DNA of 62,795 nt, the filler included, from Choristocarpus tenellus KU-1152 (lineage: Eukaryota; Protista; Phaeophyceae): the NCBI GenBank assembly GCA_964200185.2. It is 15 parts of 15 records of this genome, joined end to end, with 100 filler letters (N's around TTAATTAATTAA, not from the genome) between each part and the next. Parts side by side here need not be neighbours in the genome. Positions count along the whole stretch, not along the records: positions 51,292 to 56,059 come from CAXNAD020013133.1; positions 56,160 to 59,847 come from CAXNAD020018511.1; positions 59,948 to 62,795 come from CAXNAD020024223.1; 12 more parts are not named here. One strand, 5' to 3'. Positions 52,001 to 62,795 of this stretch are shown one piece after another. A program made the position numbers and the translations under genes. Each line of letters opens with the position of its first letter. The stretch's first letter is position 1. The notes under the pieces were generated by a model. The model had not been told where the DNA came from. It worked only from the letters and a program-made list of their open reading frames with translations, and did no database searches.

Positions 52001-52889
52001 ACAATAAAATCCTGGTTTTTCCTCCCTCGTTTCATCTTTCATGTTAAACAATATCAACTGTTTACCACTTACCAGAGGCGAACCGACACGTCGACAGATT
52101 CTGTTGCTCGTCTGGGGGTACCAAACTCCAGGTCTTCAGCATTCAGTGGCGCGTGAATGCTTGACGGAAAGGAAGGGAGGTGGGGAAATGGTGGATCAAT
52201 GGCCGTTCGACACGACTATGTACTATTTTCACAATCAGTATACAGATGTTACACACCCAGCACTAGAAATCTAGGAGCATTTCTCTCATTCAAATTCTTG
52301 TCGTTAGTACAGGCATAAATCATGTCATGCCCATATTTTTGGCTGACTTCTTCTCTCGTATGGAAAAATGCTAAGATCTTCCGGCTTTGAACCTGTGATG
52401 TCGGATCATGAGCGAGGGGGCTTAGATCCCGTAGTAGAGATACCCTTATCCTCGTCCCCACCAAATCGTACTCTGCGGTGGACATGGTATTGTGTGGATT
52501 TAATTTTCGTATTTCATACTTGTGGGAAATACCAGTACCACAATAGGTGCCGGAGAGCTGAGTAGTGGCACCTGTTTTCTGCCGTTCTCACCGAGCTTGT
52601 CCCCCTTCATTTGTCGTCCGGCGTTCCAGAGTGCATCTTTTCAATTGTATCATTTCCGAGTTTCTTTCTCCTCCTCTACCCACTATACTCCCCCGCAAAA
52701 TGTTTGCTCTGCCGATGCAATACGAGTAGTTCGTAAGCCTGCTTCTGTGCCTATTTTAATGTCCAAACCGAGGTACCATACGAACTGGTGCTACCACGTC
52801 CTATGGATGTTCTCCATGGTTGGATTCTCCGGTGTATTAGAAGCATAACTCTCCCTATCTGTTTCTCCTCCTTCTGATCGAAAGTAGTT

Positions 52890-53490
52890 TTCTTTCCTTC
52901 CTCCCTCTAACCACAAGAAATTTTCCTAGATATACACATGACTCTGCCCCCAAGGTCTCCTACATGCGCACAGGATATACCACACCCAACTCCCACCTCG
53001 ATAATCTGTGACCTTGAGCTTGGCACATTGCCAATATTTTTGTAACTGTCGTTAACCCAAATGTCGAAAGTATCATCGTCCCCCCTGGAGCTAGAGCCCT
53101 GCTCTAGACCCCTTTCTTGCTTAGAAGCCATATTTCAGCTGAGAGTGTCGAACTAAACCTTTTGAGCTAGCTCATCCAAGCAAGGAGACAGTATGGTAGA
53201 CAACGAGGAACACTCGTGCATATACATCCTCATCCCCCGGGGAAATCAATGTACAATTGGCAAACGGGACTCAATCCAAGTCCTCCCCTCCCAATGATTG
53301 GAGCTTTGAGGAAGTATACACCTGAAACTGGATTACTTACGGGTGAGGCAATATATGTGTTGACATAATTTCTATCATTGTCTTCTACCTCCAAGCATTT
53401 GTTTGGATCACACATATTGCGTTCAAAAATCCGCCTAATACTGTGTAGTACTTCACCTCTTGCTCCAATGTTTCCCTGCCCTGTACCCTG
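52890..53490 (-). pseudogene. Highly degraded non-LTR reverse transcriptase remnant (CRE-like)
   Basis: GARGEVLHSIRRIF..KCLEVEDNDRNYVNT resembles GxEAxxHxxR..LxxDxxNAFN. GDDDTF and VYLG follow in shifted frames with many stops. Confidence 0.3.
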
Positions 53491-55001
53491 CACCCTGTAA
53501 CTACCCCCAAATAATCAAAATGCAAAACCAACTAAAGGCCCGTGTTCTTGGGATACTTAACCGTGCAAGGCAGAGTCACTCCCATTACTCCAGGTGAGGG
53601 CCATTAAGCAGTACCTTTTTTTCTAACCCTTCATGGAGTACCTTGCGATCGATACTGAAAACTTACTGTTACTCAGTTCTATATCTGTTTGTTCATCTGT
53701 TACATATTTATCACTAAGAACATTATTAATGCACTGCGTAGTACTACGTATAGGTTACCACCATTTGTTTCCTTGGTCTTTGTTTGCACTGTTGTGAAGT
53801 TGCATGCAAATATATTTCTGTCTTGATTGTTATGGCTGTTTTATTATTGTCTATGCTCTCTTGTATATATACATCCCAGCATTTTTCCTATGTAAGAGAG
53901 TTGACATGATAATATCTATTTGTCCATCTTTGCTCTTTGCAGTCAAACCCTTGCAGCCCTTGGTGACATATGTTTGGGCCTTTGAGCAAAACATGAGCAA
54001 TAGTCCATATAAGATAAAATGTTGCAGAACATCATGCTTGCTTCTGGCGACAGAGAAAGAGAGGACAGTAAGAGACTGGAAGTCAAAATTTCACACCTCC
54101 TCCAGCATGTCTCATTTACTAACTAGAGGGTCTTCTACCTCAAGGCGCTTATGCCTCTCAGAGCTCGACGCGATTCTGCATCTCAAGTAGTGTGCTGGAA
54201 GTTTAGTTCATTTAATCAGAAAAATTCTAGCCAATTGTATTTCAAGCGACAAATCTTTTGGCTCAAAAGACTAGCAATTTCATTACATAGACTTTGTACA
54301 TTTATCAACACCGTAAGAGTCTGAGGTCTCATCTGATCAGTGCAAGAGCCAGTGGAGGAGAAATGAAAAGATGGTTATGCCAGGTGAAAACGGTTGAGCA
54401 AACAGGTGTTTCTGAATTTGTGAACTTTATCAAAGTTGCGATCTCCTGTACGAACAGGTGTGCACTCAACAATTTTGATCTTGTAGTATTACCATCTTCC
54501 CACTGTTCCCCTCCTGACTCAGGACAGAAAATCACAAGTACGGTCGAATTTGCAAAGTCAAAACAATTGGCACGCTTGAACATTTTACTTTTGTACAAAC
54601 ATCTCCACGTTGTTCCCCAAATGCTGAATATGGTGCTAATCAAACAAAACCACGGTTCTCCTATCCCTCTATATCCTATTGATGACGGCTTACCTGCCTC
54701 ATCTGTAGGTTTAGAGAGTGTCGTGGTGCCCTTGGAGCGTTCTACCCTCACGATTTTATGCAATAGATTAACTTGTAGAGACGCACTTTTTACCCCCTAA
54801 AATGATATGTGGGCTGGCTGTGTCCATTGTGGAGTAGGACTGATAAGAGGAAGGACAACCATCAGGACGAGAGCTGGATTTTCATCAGAACTAGTCAAAA
54901 AACTGACACACGAGTATACTCTCAAGCAAATTTGAACCAATTCGCCTCTATTTCCAATGCCCATGAAGGATCGTTCCTGCTATATTGCTGTTCTACAATT
55001 A

Positions 55002-55906
55002 CTACCTCCATGCCATAAGTCTGTGCCGCGTTTTCCATAACTCTTGAAGATGTGGATGAAATTGATTTCTGAAAGAAGAGTTGGAATCCTTGACGAACAT
55101 CTGATTAGGGTCAGTTTTTTTTTGTATTATTACTCCCCATCCATAACAATTGTATCAGCCGCAGTCAAAGCCTCCATGTCTACCTTTGGCATGTTTTCAA
55201 GCTCACCAGACAGCTGCCTCTTCCTTACCCCTGTGTGCTCCACACTAAAGTCATTACCCCCTTTGTATCTAAGTACTTGATTGTGCACTACAAAGAGGAG
55301 CTGCCAAGCCCTCTCAAGCGTGGTTCCATCATACTCATACTGTTTTTTAATGACCTTCACCATCTCCTCGACGGAACCAAACTGCTCCCCCATCACCCGG
55401 CATTTCAAAGACCTGAAGAAGCACAGATCGATGATATTGAGGTCGGGGGAGTTAGATGGCTGTATTACAAGCCTAATGGACCACCCCTCAGTCTTCCCTG
55501 CCTCTGACAAGATTTCTGAGTTGCCCTTGCCCGTGTGGGGGGTGGCACCGTCTTGCTGAACGACAACGTGCCTCCCCCTGCAACCAAGGCATCTTGGTCT
55601 TGATTGCAGGCAGTAATTCCTCCGTGTACCACTTCCTGTACCACAAATGGTTTATAGTACAGTCTTGCTCATACACATCCTCCTTTTTATGGTTCTTGCT
55701 TGTCCTGTCTGCCGTTTTTGGCGCACACACATGCCAAACACCAAGCTTCCCATAAAAACTGTGAGCCGAATCTGGGCGGGCGTTGACTGCAATGGTCATG
55801 GTTTTGGGGATATGACTCTTGTGCTGTACAGTAGGGAACCCTGGAAGGTTGCTATCATCCTCTTGCGGATATACCCAACCCTTTCCCCACTTATTTTCAC
55901 GTAAAA
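55002..55906 (-). mobile_element. Tc1/mariner element (plant-mariner DD39D-like) with frameshifted transposase at 55130-55906
   Basis: Motifs VQHKSHIPKTM..ARP..GKLGVW..RTSKN..LLPAIKTKMP, VVQQDGATPH, QPSNSPDLNIIDLCFFRSL and GGNDF. There is an extra G near 55576, a TA|CTACCTCCAT terminus, and a MITE interrupting the gene at 55907. Confidence 0.92.
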
Positions 55907-56059
55907 GGGTCAAAGTACCTGGGAGGGGGTGACGGCTGTCCATTTGGGGTCAATTTTTTCATGTCTCGATTTTTGGGTGATTTGGTTCCTTACGTTGGAT
56001 GGATAATGAAAGTATATTTTTCCTGGTTTTGGTCAAAATGGACACTCTGGTGTAGACCC
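55907..56059. mobile_element. MITE family A inserted in the mariner transposase
   Basis: GGGTCAAAGTACCTGGG.. is collinear with the copies at 17384 and 20901. Confidence 0.87.
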
Positions 56060-56159
56060 NNNNNNNNNNNNNNNNNNNNNNNNNNNNNNNNNNNNNNNNN
56101 NNNTTAATTAATTAANNNNNNNNNNNNNNNNNNNNNNNNNNNNNNNNNNNNNNNNNNNN

Positions 56160-56790
56160 CCACTACCCACCCACCCTCCACAGAAAATTTAGGCCACCTA
56201 CCACCGCATACACTTCTACCTTGGGGGGTTGACACTCCAAGTGTAGCTTTTGCCCTTGACCAAGTCCAGAGGGAGACCCTAGAGCGGGTAAACATCACCA
56301 CGGTTAAGAAGGTCCTGGGCAAGTTCTGCATCGCCCACTCAATCACCCTCATGCACACAGTGCATCTCCTGATACATGAGGTAACTGCCCCAAGGCTGGA
56401 GGGGGGACACCATCAATAGGGGTCATCAGAGCTTCCAAACTCTTCCACATGATCTCTGGCCTCTTACTGACAACTGATGGAAAGTCCTCGAGGGAGGAAA
56501 GGTTTGCCCGGGTGGCATCAGGAAACATCCAAGAGCTGGTCGCATGGCTACTAGAACGATCCCAGAGAACCAGCAGACGTAGGGAGGCCCCTGGTGAAGA
56601 CCCCAAATCCCACCAGAAACGCGCTGCAGCTCTGGGTCACCACCATGGAGGAATTTCCAAGGGGGGTGAGTGTGCTCCTAGTACAACGCAGAGCCCCGGG
56701 GATGGAGGAGATTTTCAGTGTACTGGTCCCCAAACACCCGAGTGAGAACCAGGACGAACTTAGGCAGGCCATCACAGAAGCATAAGGCAG
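56160..56790 (+). pseudogene. CRE-clade-like non-LTR retrotransposon ORF fragment (pre-RT region)
   Basis: RASKLFHMISGLLL..RFARVASGNIQEL..KRAAAL...GGISKG, then after a frameshift VSVLL..RAPGMEEIFSVLVPKHP. This follows the recalled pattern KLFxxxxxxLL..RA.L..G.SxA..L..AP....L..KHP. Confidence 0.5.
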
Positions 56791-59700
56791 GGTACAAGGG
56801 AATGCAAGATCTGGGGAACAATGGTACTGCCCCCCTGAAGGGGAGTACACCCCCACCTCCCTTCGAACAGGCTTCATGAGGGCTAACAGCAACTCGGCAC
56901 CAGACCCTGACGGGATGCGTTTTGCTGTTTGTTTTGATCCAAATCTGACATTTCCGAAAAAAAACGCTTGTGTTCAGGGACCAGTTTCTCAACCATTTCG
57001 AAATGAAAAATATTTTGAAGATATATGTATCTATGCGCAAGTCTATGGTGTTGGGCTTCGAACGATACTTTTTATTATTTTTCCCTCTGACATTTTGGAG
57101 ATGTTTCATGGGAAAACCAATGAAAACAATTCACATGGCAGAAAAAAACTATTATTTGTAGTTTCTGAATCTCACATTTGAAAAAGTTAATTCACAAAGT
57201 CCTTAACAGTCCAGACCTATGGGGCAGAGAGGGAGTACCATACTACATAAACCATAAAGAATAATAACAAAAACAGTTCTACAAAAGGAAAGAAATAATG
57301 GAAACATAACGCATATCGAACATATTGAAGTTTTGCTGCGATGATGTTGACTTAGCACAACCATATAGCCCCGCAGCTCGCCTCTCAATGACTCTAAGCC
57401 GAACCAACTCAGTGGTAGGAAGGTTTGGACCCCTTTGCATTCTAAGCCATCATTCTTACTTTGTGCAATACACTCTATTTTTATTGCCTTTTATGTGCAT
57501 AATAGTATACGCAAAAATTATATTCCCTCTTTCCACATACAATGTGACACCCCATCAAAGCGAAAAGCCTCTTTCTGCAAATGCACAAAATGGCGTCTTT
57601 TGCCCTTTCTCGGGATCCTTAGAATGCATACCCTGGCTACCTCTCCATTGGTTTGGGCTCTCTACCAACTGCACGTATCACTCTAGTTACGTACTTGTCA
57701 GTTGATTTTAGCATTGAGTGGTTGTTTAGCTGCAGTGTTGAATAGATGGACAAAGCTGTAAGTTGTTATAGAGGGTCGAACTACATATTTTACTATTTCT
57801 GCTGCGGTGCAGTCTGCAGCTGCTGTTGTTGTTGAAATTTGTAGCTTCCTACAACAGGAAAAATGTCCGTCCAGGTCTTAGTGTATAGGGGAGCAACCAG
57901 CAACCAAAGAGGACTCTACTGCTACTACTACATGTATATAGAGTAAGTGGTCTTGGTACCTGATCGTACTATATTTCTTTGAATGAAGTATTTTACGAAG
58001 CATGCGAGAGTTTTTCGGGCACACAGCTCTCCAAGTTTATAGATGCATGTCACTCACACTAGGTAATAATTGTGCAATTGGTCTCAATTTAACAGTACTG
58101 TTGTCGTTTTATTTTAGGTTGAGATTAGGGTTGGGATTAGGGTTGGGTTTAGAATATATATTATACATATATATTGTGCCGGTAAATATGAGAGGGGTAC
58201 CTATGTAAACTTGACTACCTACACGCCCGATAAACCTCTCCATTGAGTCGAACCAACTGTGAGGTACGCAGGGTTGCGTTTTAAGGGGATCCTGACAAAA
58301 TGACTAAAGGAAGCCATTTTGTACAATTGCATAAAAAACGTTGCTGAATTGTGGTGCCACACATTCGTGTGGAAAGGAAGAATTAAAGAAAAAATGCATA
58401 CACATGAAGCAACGAAATAGGGAGTGATGCACGGGGTAAGAAAGATTGCTTAGAAATTAAAAGGGTCCAAACCCTAGTAGTATTCAAATAGTTAACATTT
58501 TTTGGAGAAGCATCCCATACATTAACGACAACTGTATTTTTTACAGTGGTCGTTGTGACATAGGTTTGACTTTTTTCCTGCCACATCAGCAAAATGTCTA
58601 AGGATGCAATAACATAAATATTTTGGGTAGTCTCCATGAAAAAAAAAAATTCAGAACATTATTAACTACTACTATTCGGTATACCGATTTATCGATCACA
58701 ATTGTACGGTATCCTTCGCACAACTGTAATTTTTACGGGGGTCCTCGTGATATTGGTTTGGATTTTTCCTGACACATCTACAAAATATGGGAGGGCATAG
58801 TAATTTTATACTCCAGTAGATAATGATGATGCGTTGTCATTCACATGTAAAGTAGTACGCCACCACGATGGTGTGTACACTCGGTCAAATTATGTCCTCA
58901 ACTAGACAAATCAGAGTAGGGGGTGGTCCCTACGGGGTTCCTCATCAAGAGTAGGGCAAGTTGGAGTTTTGGACATGAAAATGGCAACAATCCATCAAGC
59001 GTATCCCTAACACGGGTGAAGATGGAGAGACCTTTCTTACGGTGTTGATACGCAATCAGATAGGCGGACACGACTTGTTACAACGTATTGACACCTATGC
59101 CTACAAATACGACTTAATCCCTCCATAATATTACTACCTATATTTTTAGTGAGCATACACACTGTCAATGTTGCTGCTAATGCATCTAAAACATTCACTT
59201 GCTTAGGTTTCTTAGCAAGCGCCACAATTTGTTACATTTGCTCAAATTAGAGTGTTTTTTTGGAGTACCTAAGGAAATAGCATGTGATACTGATTGCTCG
59301 CTACTCTCCGATTTTGATGTGATGAATTGCGGTAATATAGTAGTTATATTTTTAATGCAAATCCAAGTATAATCACTGACTACAATTACTCCCGTTGTTG
59401 CAAAATCATTCACCACAACTGATTGTACTACCTCCCCCTTGTCGGCTTCAGCACTGCACTCCTACTGCCGTACTGTTGCTACTGGTCGCTTCGTCTCCTT
59501 CCTCGAATCTTGTCCTCCATCTTTTCTCGAAGTTTCCATCTCCCACGTCGACCTTGGTTCAGTGTTTTCGTGATACGGGCAGAGAGAAGATCTTCCAAGT
59601 TTGTAATCCGTAGTAGTGTAGTAGTGTTTGCCATGTGGAATTGGATCTATTTAGAACCACATAATATCTTTGAAAGGAAGTATGGCATCGAATCTATTCG

Positions 59701-60904
59701 AACCCTTGAAATTCATACCGGTAACCCCAATCTCAAACACTAATCGAATCTATTGTATATTATTATGCCCTCTGACATTTTGCAAATGTGTCAGGGGGAA
59801 ACCAATGAAAACTATATACATATATATGTGTATATAAAATGTCCTAANNNNNNNNNNNNNNNNNNNNNNNNNNNNNNNNNNNNNNNNNNNNTTAATTAAT
59901 TAANNNNNNNNNNNNNNNNNNNNNNNNNNNNNNNNNNNNNNNNNNNNGAGGTGGGGGGGGGGAAAAACACCCCCCCCCCCCCCCCCAACAATGACAAAAA
60001 AAAGAGAGCAAGACCAGAGAAATAGAGCACATACATAAATAAAAAGGTTTGAAATATTAAAAAAATATATACATCAATATATTACATATTTAGGGTTAGG
60101 GTTAGAATTGAAGAGAACATTCGATGATAGTAACATTTAGGAACATTGCAATCCATCCATAGCACTACTCTTAGGGAAGTCCACCGTTGTTATAAGTAGT
60201 CGTAACAATAATAATAATGCTACTAATTCTTGGCATACCTTTGCCATTATGTTTGGTCGTCCTCTGCACACTAACCCCCCCCCAAAAAAAAATAAAAAAT
60301 CATTCACTCCCCCTCTCCCCCTCTCTGCACACCCGTCATCCCTCATCTACAGCACATTCAATAAATACACATTGTGGTTTGACCCATACTATCCTAGAAA
60401 GGGGGTGGTGGGTGGGGGGGATCAGATGCCCACATTAGCCCTTTGCGATCCTGTAGTGATTTTCACATATTTTTGAGTGAACATATCAGATGTAATGGTA
60501 ATTTCCTTCACCCTAACTAACCCTCCTTTTTCATCCCCAGAACTATAGCACGAATGACCTACCCCTTCATTCCTGCCTCTAACTTTTGACTAACTCACCC
60601 CACCCCACCCCACCCCCCCACCCACACACACATCTCTCAAGCACTAGATTGCCCCTTCAACAACAGGGTACAGAATAACAAAAAAAAATGTTAATGGAAA
60701 GAGGTACAAATATACCCCAACCAGTCACCATAAAAATACAGTAATATACAAACATTTAACACTAACAGATAGAAAACCAACTCAAAATACATCGCTACAT
60801 GTAAAGACACATCTATTAAAATCAAGAGGAGAAGAGAGAGCAACCCCCCCCCCACCACCACCTCAAATTTGACTCTCACTAGCACGTATCTATGTGTACC
60901 TTAC

Positions 60905-61874
60905 CTCAGCCACCACCAAGGCCTCCAAGGAGAATGGGGGACATACCATCACGTTCTGGTTGAAGCGTTTCCTTCTGGACATCTTGATCCACTCTGCCAG
61001 TTTTTGCCTCACATTCATGTACTCTTTCTGTCCAACACACAACGTAACACACAACATAACACAACATGACATGACATCAACAAACAAAAAAAACTAACCC
61101 TAGAGATACGACGTTAGGGTCATGATTTCTAAATAATAAAAAAATAGTGGCCATTATAGGTCGTTGGAGGCATACAGTAGTTCAGTCAAAATATATATTA
61201 TTACATTTGCATCACTACCAACAAACAACACATCAGAAGGGAAAAAATGCCATCCAAGAAAACTCTCCCCTCAAAACACACACACACACATACTCCCCTC
61301 CTTCTGAGTAAAAGGTACACTGGAGAAAAAAAGTGCCAAATATAAAATAGACCCCTCCAGAACTCTTGCAGTATCCAGTAGCATAAACCACTTTTCGCCC
61401 GTATCTGTAGTTATTTATTATTAATAATAATAATAATAATAGCTAGTTATTAATAAACTACACACATACTATCACAAAAAAATGATGAACCCTAATATTT
61501 ACCCACAGAACCCCTTGTCCTATGCCAACTCCAACACCAATACTAACAGAACGATCATGTCATTAAACAGAGCAACAAACAAGCCAATGGGAAAATCAGG
61601 AACAACCCACCACTACGCNNNNNNNNNNCCCTCTACCCCACCCCCCCCCCCCCCCCCCCCCCCCCCTCCCCACCCCTACACGAGCCTCGCAAGCCACCCC
61701 CTGCAAACCCACCTCCTCCTTCTGCATCTTCTCCGACATGTATTCATCCAACTCCAACTCCAAAAAGGACGCCAGCTCGGGCAAGATCAAGTGGGCATGA
61801 TGCCTCATCTTCCGTAATAGGTTGGAGAGGACCTTAGGTCTAGTTCGCTGTCGTGAGTTGACCAAACTCTCCAG
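60905..61874 (-). CDS. Two internal exons of an unidentified protein
   Basis: Phase-0 exons at 61713-61874 (LESLVNSRQRTRPKVLSNLLRKMRHH..) and 60905-61027 (KEYMNVRQKLAEWIK..), each with a canonical AG acceptor and a GTGGGT or GTAAGG donor. Confidence 0.6.
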
Positions 61875-62265
61875 CTAGAAAGTGTGATCAAATCATGGAA
61901 GTTGTCAATAGAGGGCGTGGTGTACACCATGGAGAGCAGCGGGTCATCGAGAGAGTAAGGGTAACAGTAAGAAGGGGTGCGGATTGAAAATGCCAAGGAG
62001 AGGGGTTGGTTGGAGGTACAGAATTTCATTTGCAATAAAAAATGAGAAGGCGTTGTTACGTTGTGTGCGCATTTTATAAACTTGATGTTGGGGGAACGGG
62101 GGGGAAGGGGGGCAGATTGAGGGACAGGTTTGACCATGAAGATGAGAGGACAGGCTTTACAAAAACAAAAACACTGATGTAAATAATAGTAATAATAATG
62201 ATAATAAAAAAAATCGGTATATTGGATCATTGATATCATAGTTCACACGAAAGAGCACATGTCTT

Positions 62266-62395
62266 TAGATAACTACTCTAGATAACTACTCTAGATAACT
62301 ACTTTAGATAACTACTTTAGATAACTACTCTAGATAACTACTTTAGATAACTACTCTAGATAACTACTCTAGATAACTACTTTAGATGACTACTT
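62266..62395. repeat. 13-bp minisatellite x10
   Basis: Tandem TAGATAACTACT(C/T). Confidence 0.95.
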
Positions 62396-62795
62396 CATAA
62401 TGTTCCTATATTAATACTCTTCTTATTGTTAACATTATTTCATCGTGTCTGACAGGATGAGAGAGTCAACCCAATTCTGTTTGAAAAAAAAAAAAGGCTT
62501 AAAGAGAGCAAAACACACTACGAGATTCCGCCAATCAGCTCTGGAGCCAAACCACGCAAATGAATCCCCATAGCCTCTATAGGCTCCACAGCACACTCAT
62601 AGTCGCCACAGAAATTCAGAAATCCAGATTTCAATGTCCTGGGGGGCGTTGTGGTTAGCAGGATCCCCCTCTTGTGCGATTGCTGCTGCTGCTTCCAATA
62701 AAAAAGTGAAAAAAATTGACAAGCCAACCCTCGATACCAACACCCCCCTAACAACCCCCAGAATACTTTCTTTTACCTCTAACTACTCACAACCC

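Noticed and set aside
4132-59947. Recurrent TTAATTAATTAA motif and ORFs running into X tracts
   Set aside because: This is an artificial six-frame-stop linker flanked by exactly 44 N on each side.
12650-62640. UGA reassignment or readthrough, suggested by in-frame TGA in exon-like frames at ~12750, ~30420 and ~62600
   Set aside because: The TGA at ~30420 is part of an AC|GTGAGG donor, and the others have alternative splice solutions or fit CGA>TGA decay. The confidently identified genes use TGG for Trp and have no internal TGA.

Overview
This is eukaryotic, intron-rich genomic DNA and not one contiguous locus. Fifteen short contigs are joined by 14 identical artificial linkers (44 N + TTAATTAATTAA + 44 N), so adjacency across linkers carries no meaning. 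An EsV-1-7 repeat protein, flagellar genes, long GT-AG introns and TTAGGG motifs suggest a stramenopile, probably a brown alga or close relative (inference). Well-supported content: a head-to-head pair of flagellar genes (dynein-2 light intermediate chain D1bLIC/DYNC2LI1 and SF-assemblin), the 3' exons of a probable dynactin p150 gene, an EsV-1-7 repeat exon, an S1-domain exon, a spliced Cys-rich type I membrane protein gene and a U1 snRNA gene cut by a contig end. About 125 bp upstream of U1 lies a divergent tRNA-like A/B-box element. Mobile DNA includes a broken plant-mariner-like transposase, two related MITE families with 4-bp TSDs (Sola2-like), an element with TG..CA termini and ~46-bp inverted ends, and CRE-like LINE remnants. 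There are several minisatellites and no CRISPR or prokaryotic system. All family calls come from motif recognition by eye, not database searches.
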